Source: an uncultured Chlamydiae bacterium (GTDB taxonomy: Bacteria; Chlamydiota; Chlamydiia; Chlamydiales; SM23-39). From it: DNA of 33,082 bases. The notes under the pieces are model-generated. The model ran no database searches, was not told the origin of the DNA, and was given only the letters and a program-made list of their open reading frames with translations. Below, piece after piece: positions 1 through 7,432 of this stretch. Each line of letters opens with the position of its first letter. Positions within the stretch are counted from its first letter, which is position 1. The DNA lies in assembly GCA_903909295.1 (NCBI GenBank), contig CAIVVG010000179.1, positions 1 through 33,082 on the forward strand, written 5' to 3'. Position numbers and translations under genes: made by a program.

Positions 1-20
1 ACTTGCCGCCCCCCCCCTGA
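1..20. repeat. Partial copy (cut by the window edge) of the hairpin repeat acttgccgc followed by a C-run and tga. The full copy is at 4706..4731.
   Basis: acttgccgc+C8+tga at 1-20 matches acttgccgc+C4+tga at 4716-4731. It lies just 3' of the minus-strand gene that ends at 27. Confidence 0.5.
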
Positions 21-26
21 AAAATA

Positions 27-638
27 TTAGTGGGATAGTTTCAGCTGTTCGATTTGCTGGCTGAGCCGTTGTTTCAGTTCGTTACTGGTCAGTTGTCCTT
101 GGGCGTTAAACGCCTTATACGCTTGTGGAACGGAGACCTCAGCAGAAATGACATCCCCTCCGGCGCTTGTAATCACGCTCCGGAGATGGGCTAGGCCTCT
201 AGCTCCGCCACCACCGCCGGGAGAAGCGCTGAGCAGGGCAAATTGCTTCCCCTTAAAGGCCTCTTGAGAGTACCCTGCCTTCTCGCCTCTGGACGTCCAA
301 TCCAATGCGTTTTTTAGCACGGCGCTAATCGAGCCATTGTATTCAGGGGATGCGATGAGAATCGTGTCGCTTTGGATCATGAGATCTCGGAGTTTCTTGG
401 CATTGGTCGGCATCCCTTGCGCTTGTTCTAGGTCTGCATCGTAAAAGGGCATCGGGAAGTCTTTGAGGTCGATGACTATGACTTTGGCGCCCTGTGTCCG
501 AGCGATCTCTGCGGCTTGAATCAGCAATTTCTTGTTATAGGAGTCAGAGCGGGTGCTCCCGGCGAGAGCCAATATTTTTACCTCTGCCATGAGGGGCGCT
601 GTGAGAGTCAAGAGAGCGAGCCACAGTATTTTTTTCAC
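27..638 (-). CDS. Flavodoxin-like NAD(P)H-dependent FMN reductase family protein with an N-terminal hydrophobic extension that looks like a signal peptide
   Basis: Family-typical KILALAGSTRSDSYNKKL near the N-terminus and ILIASPEYNGSISAVLKNALDW. The GTG start at 638 is preceded by GGAG (649..646) with a 7-nt spacer. An alternative ATG at 590 (MAEVKIL) has no SD. Confidence 0.75.
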   Translation of the reverse strand: MKKILWLALLTLTAPLMAEVKILALAGSTRSDSYNKKLLIQAAEIARTQGAKVIVIDLKDFPMPFYDADLEQAQGMPTNAKKLRDLMIQSDTILIASPEYNGSISAVLKNALDWTSRGEKAGYSQEAFKGKQFALLSASPGGGGGARGLAHLRSVITSAGGDVISAEVSVPQAYKAFNAQGQLTSNELKQRLSQQIEQLKLSH

Positions 639-734
639 AAAAAGTCTCCAATTTTTTAGGTACTGCTATATTACTGCTCTCCCGGCCATTTTTGCAAATT
701 CCCAATTCTGCTATGCTCCATTGTTATACCGGGA

Positions 735-886
735 GTGATTCAAAAATCAGGGGATGCCAAAGAGGCACCCTGATTTTAGGTCAGGCGAAGCCGGCGCTTA
801 AAGAAGTTCAACCTAGAGGGTTGGGCGATGCAAGCGGACCTAAAAGCAGTGCTGCTCGACGCCAGCAGAACCGATTTTTGAATCAC
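735..886 (+). other. Structured element bounded by inverted repeats: candidate dnaE leader RNA, sRNA or MITE
   Basis: - Perfect 14-bp terminal inverted repeat gtgattcaaaaatc (735-748) / gatttttgaatcac (873-886).
- Internal stems 774-782:837-845 (9 bp), 795-799:832-836, 809-813:819-823 and 852-856:864-868.
- A competing 10-bp hairpin at 743-752:768-777.
- It ends 9 nt before the dnaE ATG. Confidence 0.35.
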
Positions 887-895
887 GAGCGGTAT

Positions 896-3800
896 ATGAC
901 CTGGATCCCTCTGCACGTTCACTCTCAGTTCTCGATTCTCGACTCTTCTGCATCGGTAGAAGATCTCGCTGAAACTGCTAAGCGCTATGGCATTCCCGCT
1001 CTGGCGATCACTGACACAGGCAATCTGTATGGCACTGTGGAATTTTACAAGGCGTGCAAAGCGGCAGGAGTCAAACCGATCCTGGGCTGCGAGATCTGGA
1101 TGGCGCCAGGTGCGCGCACGGAGAAAAAACGGATCCCTGGAATTCCAAACGGCTTTCCGATTGTGCTGCTGGCCAAAAACCTAAAAGGGTACCGCAACCT
1201 CTGCAAACTCTCTTCCATCGGATTTTTAGAGGGGTTTTATTACCAGCCTCGGATCGATAAGGAACTGCTCGCAGCTCACAGCGAGGGGCTGATTTGCTTG
1301 TCGGGGGGAATGGAGGGGCCGATCGCCCATTCTATTTTGACGGGAGGGGCCGTTTTAGAGGAGATCGAGTGGTATCGGGGTGTGTTTGGGGAGGACTTTT
1401 ATTTTGAGATCCAGCGCCAGCCGCTGAGTGAAAATGAAGCGGTTTCTGAAAATTGGCTCGCTCAAAAAATGCGGGACGCGGTCTCTTTCCAAGAGAAGGT
1501 GAATGGGAAGCTCATTGAGCTGTCGCGCAAGTTGGGAATCAAGCTCGTTGCGACCAATGACATTCACTACATCGCCAAAGAGGATTGGGAGGCCCATGAG
1601 GTGCTCCTCAACGTCCAATCGGGAGAGCCGTGCGAGATTTGGGAGCGAGATTCTCAGGGGAATGCCAAGGCGAAAGTGCCCAACCCAAAAAGGGAAGCGA
1701 TGGCGACGCGGGAGCTCTATTTCAAATCGCCTGAGGAGATGAAGGCCCTTTTTGCCGATGTGCCGGAGGCCATTCAAGAGACGGAACGGGTGGCCGCTCT
1801 TTGCAATTGCGAAATCGACTTCAAGACGAAACACTATCCGGTCTTCGTCCCTCCCGCCTTAGAGGGAACTCCTTGGACCAAAGAGGAGCGAGAAAAAGCG
1901 GCGGGGCAATTTCTTCACGACCTATGTACCCAAGCCATTCCAACCCGCTATACGGCGGCGCATCTCGCGGCCGTGCAAAAAGTCTATCCTGGCAAAGATC
2001 CTCTGCAAGTGGTTCAAGACCGCTTTACCTATGAGTTTGGGCTCCTCACTTCGAAGGGGATGTCCGACTACATGCTCATCGTCTACGACTTCATCGCTTG
2101 GGCCAAGAAGAAGGGGATTCCGATGGGGCCAGGTCGCGGTTCGGCAGCGGGATCGATCATCGCCTATTTGACCGGCATCACCGATATCGAGCCACTCCGA
2201 TTCCATTTGTTCTTTGAGCGATTCATCAATCCCGAACGGGTCTCCTATCCCGATATCGACGTCGACATCTGCATGGACAGGCGCCAAGAGGTGATCGATT
2301 ACGTCGTTGCTAAGTATGGAAAGGAAAAAGTCGCCCAAATCATCACGTTCGGTACGATGAAAGCCAAGATGGCGATCCGGGATGTGGGCAGGGTTCTCAA
2401 TGTCCCTTTATCGAAGGTGAACCAGATTGCAGCCCTCGTCCCCGAAGACCCCACCATGACGTTGGAAAGGGCTTTTCAGATCGATCCTGAACTGACGCGC
2501 CTCATGGAGACCGATGAAGAGGCGAGAAGGGTCCTCGAGATGGCGAAAAAAGCAGAGGGCTCGATCCGCAATACGAGCACCCATGCGGCGGGGCTCATTA
2601 TCTCAGCCAATCCGATTACCGATCACGTCCCTGTATGCACCGCGAAAGATTCTGCGATGGTCGTCACACAGTATGCGATGAAGCCGGTCGAGAGCGTCGG
2701 GATGTTAAAAATCGACTTTTTGGGGCTCAAGACGCTCACCTGTATCCAAAAATGTGCCGATGCGGTGGCTCGCAATACAGGCAAACGGATCGACTGGGCC
2801 AACCTTCCTTTAGATGATCTGCCGACATTCAATCTCCTCAACCACGGGAAAACGCTCGGTGTCTTCCAGCTCGAATCGGGCGGCATGCAGGACTTGGCCA
2901 AGCAGCTCCATATCGATACGTTTGAAGAGATCATCGCCGTCGGCGCCCTCTACCGCCCAGGTCCAATGGATATGATTCCCTCCTTCATCGCCCGTAAACA
3001 CGGCAGAGAGCCGATCGATATCGACCATCCGCTGATGAAAGATATCCTCTCGGAGACCCATGGCGTGATGGTGTACCAAGAGCAGGTGATGCAGATTGCG
3101 AGCGCCCTTGCTGGCTACACTCTCGGCGAGGGCGATGTGCTGCGCCGCGCGATGGGGAAAAAAGACAAAGAGGAGATGGCCCGCCAGAGGGAAAAATTCA
3201 CCCAAGGCTGCGCCGCAAAGGGGATTGAGCCGGAGACCGCTCGACTGATTTTCGATAAGGTGGAAAAGTTTGCCTCCTATGGCTTTAACAAATCGCACGC
3301 CGCCGCCTATGCCTACCTCTCTTATGCGACCGCCTATTTCAAGGCGAATTATCCAGGGGAGTGGATGGCCGCCCTCATGACCTGCGATCGCGACGATACG
3401 ACGAAAGTGGCCAAATTCATCGGCGAGGCCAAAGCGCTCCATCTTCCCGTCCTCTCTCCCGACATCAACCAAGCAGGCGCCGAGTTTTGGGCGACCCCTG
3501 CGGGGATCCGCTTTGCCATGGCGGGGATCAAGGGGGTTGGCGAAGGGGTCGTCGAAGAGATTTTGAAAGAGCGAGCATCAGGGCCCTTTGAGAGCCTCTA
3601 CAATTTCATCCAGAGAATGGACAAGACCAAGATCGGAAAAAAACAGATCGAACTCCTCATCGACGCCGGCGCCTTTGATTTTACTCTTTGGAGCAGAGAC
3701 GCGATGCGAGAGAGCGTTGAGCCGATGTACGATGAGGCTTTCCGCGACCAAAAAGAGGCCTCGCTCGGCGTCTTGAACCTCTTTGCCTTGATTGAAGAAA

Positions 3801-4564
3801 ATCCATTTGCCAACCCTCCTGCGGTCAAACAAAAATCGACCCAACTCCAGCTCTTGCACCGGGAAAAAGAGCTCCTCGGGTTTTACCTCACCGGCCATCC
3901 GATGGATAGTTATAAAAAAATCCTCGGCAGGCTCTCTTGCGTCCCCTTGCACGAAGTGGCGCTCCTCCCCGATGGAGCTATTTTCCGAGCCGCCTTTGTC
4001 GTCGAGACGGTGCAGGTCAAAGTCTCCGCCAAGAGCCAGAAGAAATTTGCCATTTTGACCATCGGCGATGGAGCCTTCCGCTTTGAGCTTCCCGTTTGGC
4101 CCGAACTCTACGAGGAGAAGGGAGCCCTTCTTCAGGACAATCGGCTCCTCTACGCCATTTTGCAACTCGAGCGCAAAGGGGAAGGGATGCAGCTCTCTTC
4201 TCGGTATTTGGAAGATTTAGCCGCCATCGACGAGGCCAAGATCAAAGCCTGCGAAGAGTTGTATGACAAACTCAAATCCCAAGTGCGCTCGGAGCCCAAG
4301 TGGAAAACCGCTAAGCAAGATAAGGCGCCCGTGGAGAAAAAAGAAGATGTGCAAAACGTGAAGATTCAGGTCGATGCAGACAAAATGCGCCTGAGCGAAG
4401 TGCTAGCTTACAAGGAGCTCTTCCGCGCTCATCCCGGCAAGTCCACTGTAGAGATGACCTTCTCATCGCAAGGGAAAAGACTCGGCGTCCTCTTCATCGA
4501 CTCTCAGTGGGGAGTCAAAGTGGATGAGGCTTTTCTTGGGCAGTTAAAGAAGATGAGTTCTTAG
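896..4564 (+). CDS. dnaE: DNA polymerase III alpha subunit (1222 aa)
   Basis: PHP-domain N-terminus MTWIPLHVHSQFSILDSS, a GPGRGSAAGS motif and FNKSHAAAYA. The length is typical of DnaE. The start is placed at ATG 896, where similarity to DnaE N-termini begins. The 68 upstream in-frame codons of the tracked ORF look non-coding. Confidence 0.95.
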   Translation: MTWIPLHVHSQFSILDSSASVEDLAETAKRYGIPALAITDTGNLYGTVEFYKACKAAGVKPILGCEIWMAPGARTEKKRIPGIPNGFPIVLLAKNLKGYRNLCKLSSIGFLEGFYYQPRIDKELLAAHSEGLICLSGGMEGPIAHSILTGGAVLEEIEWYRGVFGEDFYFEIQRQPLSENEAVSENWLAQKMRDAVSFQEKVNGKLIELSRKLGIKLVATNDIHYIAKEDWEAHEVLLNVQSGEPCEIWERDSQGNAKAKVPNPKREAMATRELYFKSPEEMKALFADVPEAIQETERVAALCNCEIDFKTKHYPVFVPPALEGTPWTKEEREKAAGQFLHDLCTQAIPTRYTAAHLAAVQKVYPGKDPLQVVQDRFTYEFGLLTSKGMSDYMLIVYDFIAWAKKKGIPMGPGRGSAAGSIIAYLTGITDIEPLRFHLFFERFINPERVSYPDIDVDICMDRRQEVIDYVVAKYGKEKVAQIITFGTMKAKMAIRDVGRVLNVPLSKVNQIAALVPEDPTMTLERAFQIDPELTRLMETDEEARRVLEMAKKAEGSIRNTSTHAAGLIISANPITDHVPVCTAKDSAMVVTQYAMKPVESVGMLKIDFLGLKTLTCIQKCADAVARNTGKRIDWANLPLDDLPTFNLLNHGKTLGVFQLESGGMQDLAKQLHIDTFEEIIAVGALYRPGPMDMIPSFIARKHGREPIDIDHPLMKDILSETHGVMVYQEQVMQIASALAGYTLGEGDVLRRAMGKKDKEEMARQREKFTQGCAAKGIEPETARLIFDKVEKFASYGFNKSHAAAYAYLSYATAYFKANYPGEWMAALMTCDRDDTTKVAKFIGEAKALHLPVLSPDINQAGAEFWATPAGIRFAMAGIKGVGEGVVEEILKERASGPFESLYNFIQRMDKTKIGKKQIELLIDAGAFDFTLWSRDAMRESVEPMYDEAFRDQKEASLGVLNLFALIEENPFANPPAVKQKSTQLQLLHREKELLGFYLTGHPMDSYKKILGRLSCVPLHEVALLPDGAIFRAAFVVETVQVKVSAKSQKKFAILTIGDGAFRFELPVWPELYEEKGALLQDNRLLYAILQLERKGEGMQLSSRYLEDLAAIDEAKIKACEELYDKLKSQVRSEPKWKTAKQDKAPVEKKEDVQNVKIQVDADKMRLSEVLAYKELFRAHPGKSTVEMTFSSQGKRLGVLFIDSQWGVKVDEAFLGQLKKMSS

Positions 4565-4598
4565 AGGGTGTTCAATAATTAATTATCGAACACCCTCT
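4563..4598 (+). terminator. Long stem-loop overlapping the dnaE stop codon: putative terminator without a U-tract
   Basis: An 11-bp perfect stem, agagggtgttc (4563-4573) / gaacaccctct (4588-4598), with an AT-palindromic apex (ataattaattat). No T-run follows on either strand. Confidence 0.4.
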
Positions 4599-4705
4599 TA
4601 AGCCGCTTCATAGGTTCCTGGGTTCCTGAATAGTTCTCGCTCTTCGGGGTTGAACTACGCTCGAGCGCAATCTCGGCCATTCAGAGCCGAGCTATCTGTT
4701 AAGCT

Positions 4706-4731
4706 GCGGCAAGGCACTTGCCGCCCCCTGA
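4706..4731. repeat. REP-like hairpin repeat with a C-tract
   Basis: An 8-bp stem gcggcaag (4706-4713) / cttgccgc (4717-4724) with loop gca, followed by cccc and tga. The 3' half recurs at 1-20 with a longer C-run. Confidence 0.5.
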
Positions 4732-4857
4732 CAGCATGTAAAAACCCATCCGGTCCCTCTCTTCGTAGATGGTGATATCCACCTCTTCCGATGGATGCGA
4801 TCCGTTTCTTTGCCATTTAACTCTGGCATAGGGCGTGTAAGGGCATTTTGTCAACAA

Positions 4858-4886
4858 TTGACCAAAATCGGCCAATAGCCTACGCT
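4858..4886 (+). promoter_or_regulatory. Candidate sigma-70-type promoter for the BamD-like gene, which would give a near-leaderless mRNA
   Basis: ttgacc (4858-4863), a 17-nt spacer, then tacgct (4881-4886). The ATG at 4895 is 8 nt downstream and has no SD. Confidence 0.25.
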
Positions 4887-4894
4887 GGATATCT

Positions 4895-5830
4895 ATGAAA
4901 AAATGGCTAACTATTTTCTGTGCAGCGCTGACCCCCCTCCTGGCTCAAGAGGAAGGGGAGGATTTTGCTTTTGAAGGGACTTCCGTCCAGGAGTTTAACG
5001 GCTTTTTGCAGGAGGCTTTTGCAGCGCAAGACTGGTGGGGGGTGGTCGACTATGGAGCGATCCTGGTCAACGACTTCTCCGATACCCCGTTTGCCAAGGA
5101 AGCTCCTTTTTCCATAGCGGAGGGTTATTTCAACTTAGAGCAGTACGAGATGTCCAATGAGATGTTCTCTAGCTACTTGGCCAGCACGGCGATGCCCCGC
5201 TATTTTGAGGAGGCGATCCGCTACAAGTTTGAGATCGCAGAGCGCTTTGCCCATGGCGCAAAACTCCGCTTGTTTGGCTCCCCAAAAATGCCCGCTTGGC
5301 TCCCCGCCAAGGAAGAGGCTATCGAGATTTATAACGATGTGATCGCAGCGCTCCCTCATGCGGATATCACAGCGCAGGCGCTCCTCTCCAAATCCCGTCT
5401 GCAGTTTGAACTAGAGGACTACAAGCCCAGCGTGGAGACGCTCGATCTCTTGATCCACCGCTTTCCTAAGCATGACCTCGCCGCAGAGGCCTATTTGGAA
5501 AAGACCCGCAACTACTTGGCGCAGTGCAAAGCGCAAAAACTCGATCCCGATATTCTCGATATGGCCGACCTCAATATCCGCCGTTTTCGGCTCGCGTTTC
5601 CGAGAGAACCGCGCGTAGCAGAGGCGGAGCTGGCCTATGCCGGCATGCAGGAAGTGTTTGCTGAGTCTCTCTATGAGACGGCGTGCTTTTTTGAGCGCTT
5701 TGGCCGGACGAAAAAGACCGACGCAGCGCAAATCTATTTCAGAAATCTGATCTCTAAATACCCCAACACAAAAGCTGCCAAGGCGGCTCAAGCAAAGCTC
5801 CGTCCCATTGTGCAGACTGAAAAAAATTAA
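4895..5830 (+). CDS. Secreted TPR-like protein, BamD/YfiO-like outer-membrane assembly factor (tentative)
   Basis: The signal peptide MKKWLTIFCAALTPLLA/QEE has no canonical lipobox. The body is helical-repeat with a BamD-like C-terminal pattern (YETACFFERFGRTKKTDAAQIYFRNLISKYPNTKAAKAAQAKL). Confidence 0.55.
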   Translation: MKKWLTIFCAALTPLLAQEEGEDFAFEGTSVQEFNGFLQEAFAAQDWWGVVDYGAILVNDFSDTPFAKEAPFSIAEGYFNLEQYEMSNEMFSSYLASTAMPRYFEEAIRYKFEIAERFAHGAKLRLFGSPKMPAWLPAKEEAIEIYNDVIAALPHADITAQALLSKSRLQFELEDYKPSVETLDLLIHRFPKHDLAAEAYLEKTRNYLAQCKAQKLDPDILDMADLNIRRFRLAFPREPRVAEAELAYAGMQEVFAESLYETACFFERFGRTKKTDAAQIYFRNLISKYPNTKAAKAAQAKLRPIVQTEKN

Positions 5831-6464
5831 CCACAGAGGCACAGAGCAAAAAAGAAAATTTATCCTCTGTGCTACCTCCCTCCTCTCCGTGTCTCTGTGG
5901 TTCATTTTTCTTTTCTCCCTCGCTTCCTGCGGCTATCAGTGGACCCCTAAAGAAGACCGCTTCACGGTCTCTGTTCCTTTCGTTGAAGGGGACGAGGATG
6001 GGGCCTTAACGCAAGAGCTCATTTGGGCGCTGAGCCGCTCTGGCTTGGCAAAAGTGCAAAATCGAGATGCCCATTACCGGCTCGAAGTGGCAATTGTGGA
6101 GTCTAAGAGCGATACGGTGGGATTCCGGCGGGATAAACAGGTCATCAAGGGAAAAACACGTAAAAACCTCCTGGCATCTGAGGGGCGCAAGACGGTCGCC
6201 GTCGAGGTGGCGCTGTTTGGTAGGGAGTCGGAGGAGCCGGTGCTGGGCCCTTTTCGGGTCACTGCGGATGCCGATTACGATTATGTGGATGGGGACTCGA
6301 TCCAAGACCTCACCTTTACCGACTCCTCTGGGCAACTAGTCACTGTTTTGCCCTTTTCTTTAGGCCAGCTCGAGCCAACCGAATCGGCTCAAGAGGCAGC
6401 CACTAAGCCTCTCTATCGCAGTCTTGCGCAGAAAGTGATCGACGTTATTTCCTCAGAATGGTAG
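5808..6464 (+). CDS. Lipoprotein, LptE-like (tentative)
   Basis: Lipobox LASC followed by GYQW, comparable to E. coli LptE (AGCGWHL). The size and the ending LYRSLAQKVIDVI fit LptE. The only in-frame start candidates are TTG 5808, CTG 5817 and ATT 5826, so the start is uncertain. It overlaps the end of the upstream gene. Confidence 0.5.
   Translation: MCRLKKINHRGTEQKRKFILCATSLLSVSLWFIFLFSLASCGYQWTPKEDRFTVSVPFVEGDEDGALTQELIWALSRSGLAKVQNRDAHYRLEVAIVESKSDTVGFRRDKQVIKGKTRKNLLASEGRKTVAVEVALFGRESEEPVLGPFRVTADADYDYVDGDSIQDLTFTDSSGQLVTVLPFSLGQLEPTESAQEAATKPLYRSLAQKVIDVISSEW
5829..5902. repeat. Nested inverted repeats built from four copies of cacagag/ctctgtg
   Basis: The outer arms 5829-5846 / 5885-5902 pair at 16 of 18 positions, including 10 perfect bp (aaccacagag/ctctgtggtt). 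An inner 8-bp stem is gcacagag (5839-5846) / ctctgtgc (5865-5872). Confidence 0.6.
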
Positions 6465-6498
6465 AAATTGAAAGAGAAATTTTTACTATACTTAGGTC

Positions 6499-6900
6499 TT
6501 GGTGCGATTCCCTGCAGATTTGGCTCAGATCCGTCCCGCGCTCCTCTGGATACGAGGGGAGCTATCGAACTTATCTCTCGACAAGTCGACTCTGAATAAG
6601 ATCGAGCTCGTCTCTGAGGAAGCGTTGGTCAATATCATCGAACACGCTTATCAAGGGCGTAGTGGCGATATTGATCTTATCGTCAGCTCTAGCCCCAAGC
6701 AAATAGAGATCATTATCAAAGACCAGGGCCCTCCCTTTGATCCTCTGAACGCTCCCGTCGATTTCGATCCCACCCTGCCCCTCGAAGAGAGGAAATTAGG
6801 GGGGCTGGGAATTCCCATGATCCGCAAGTTCATGGATCGGGTGCTCTACAAAAGAGAAAATAACCAGAATGTCTTGACGCTCATCAAGAAGCGTCACTGA
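6499..6900 (+). CDS. rsbW: Anti-sigma factor / serine protein kinase, RsbW/SpoIIAB type (HATPase_c)
   Basis: N-box-like EEALVNIIEHAY, DQGPPFDP, and the G-box GGLGIPMIRKFMD. The TTG start at 6499 is the first start after the upstream stop. Confidence 0.85.
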   Translation: MVRFPADLAQIRPALLWIRGELSNLSLDKSTLNKIELVSEEALVNIIEHAYQGRSGDIDLIVSSSPKQIEIIIKDQGPPFDPLNAPVDFDPTLPLEERKLGGLGIPMIRKFMDRVLYKRENNQNVLTLIKKRH

Positions 6901-7325
6901 CCCTTTTCGAAAAGGGTCACGGTCTCTTCTGTCTCTAGCATATCGACCAGATAGTGCTGGAGCACCTTGAGGACGTAGCGTGGCGTGTTATAGACCCCTT
7001 CTGTGAGAAAGACGATCTCTAGGTGAGGCTTTTCGGGGTGGTTGAGCGCGATCAATACATAAGTGACCGGTTGCTCAGAATCCATCTTGGGGACAATCCA
7101 AACGACGAACTGCTCATTGAAGAGAGTCACTTTTTCGACACTTTCAATCACGTGGAAGTACTGAGTTAGGTCGTCCGGTTCCGCGGTGTCGTCTTGGATG
7201 AGGGCTAAAATCCCCCGATCGTGCAGAAACTGGAGATTGATGCGGGTGACCCCATCGTGGACGCACTCCATAAGATTCCCCATAAACTGTTTGTAAGCTT
7301 CGTCAAGCTGAGTTGGATTCAACAT
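6894..7325 (-). CDS. Hypothetical protein (143 aa), convergent with rsbW
   Basis: ATG at 7325 is preceded by GGGAGG with a 5-nt spacer, so it is preferred over the ORF-track start at 7355. Its stop codon overlaps the rsbW stop within tcactga (6894-6900). I recognise no family. Confidence 0.6.
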   Translation of the reverse strand: MLNPTQLDEAYKQFMGNLMECVHDGVTRINLQFLHDRGILALIQDDTAEPDDLTQYFHVIESVEKVTLFNEQFVVWIVPKMDSEQPVTYVLIALNHPEKPHLEIVFLTEGVYNTPRYVLKVLQHYLVDMLETEETVTLFEKGQ

Positions 7326-7397
7326 GTCTACCTCCCGCACACACCGTGTCCTCATCTTAGGTCGAAAACAGGCCAGTTGTCAAGAAGAAAATTGCAT

Positions 7398-7426
7398 TTG
7401 ACCCGTCAAAGGCATTTGAGTAAGAT
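7398..7426 (+). promoter_or_regulatory. Candidate promoter for dacC, implying a leaderless mRNA
   Basis: ttgacc (7398-7403), a 17-nt spacer, then taagat (7421-7426). The ATG at 7433 is 6 nt downstream and has no SD. The -35 element sits in the palindrome ttgac-cc-gtcaa. Confidence 0.35.
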
Positions 7427-7432
7427 GTTTAC

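Noticed and set aside
778-850. SRP (4.5S) RNA-like strings aggtcagg and agcag
   Set aside because: In SRP RNA these motifs flank a GNRA tetraloop within about 12 nt. Here they are about 60 nt apart, and the helix-8 geometry cannot be formed.
692-895. A 68-codon in-frame N-terminal extension of the dnaE ORF in the ORF track
   Set aside because: DnaE similarity begins exactly at MTWIPLHVHSQFS (ATG 896). The extension is low-complexity and coincides with the structured inverted-repeat element, so the open frame is most likely fortuitous.
4613-4628. A tandem ggttcctg x2 as a possible CRISPR or VNTR
   Set aside because: There are only two 8-nt units and no spacers. Nothing in the window resembles a CRISPR array.
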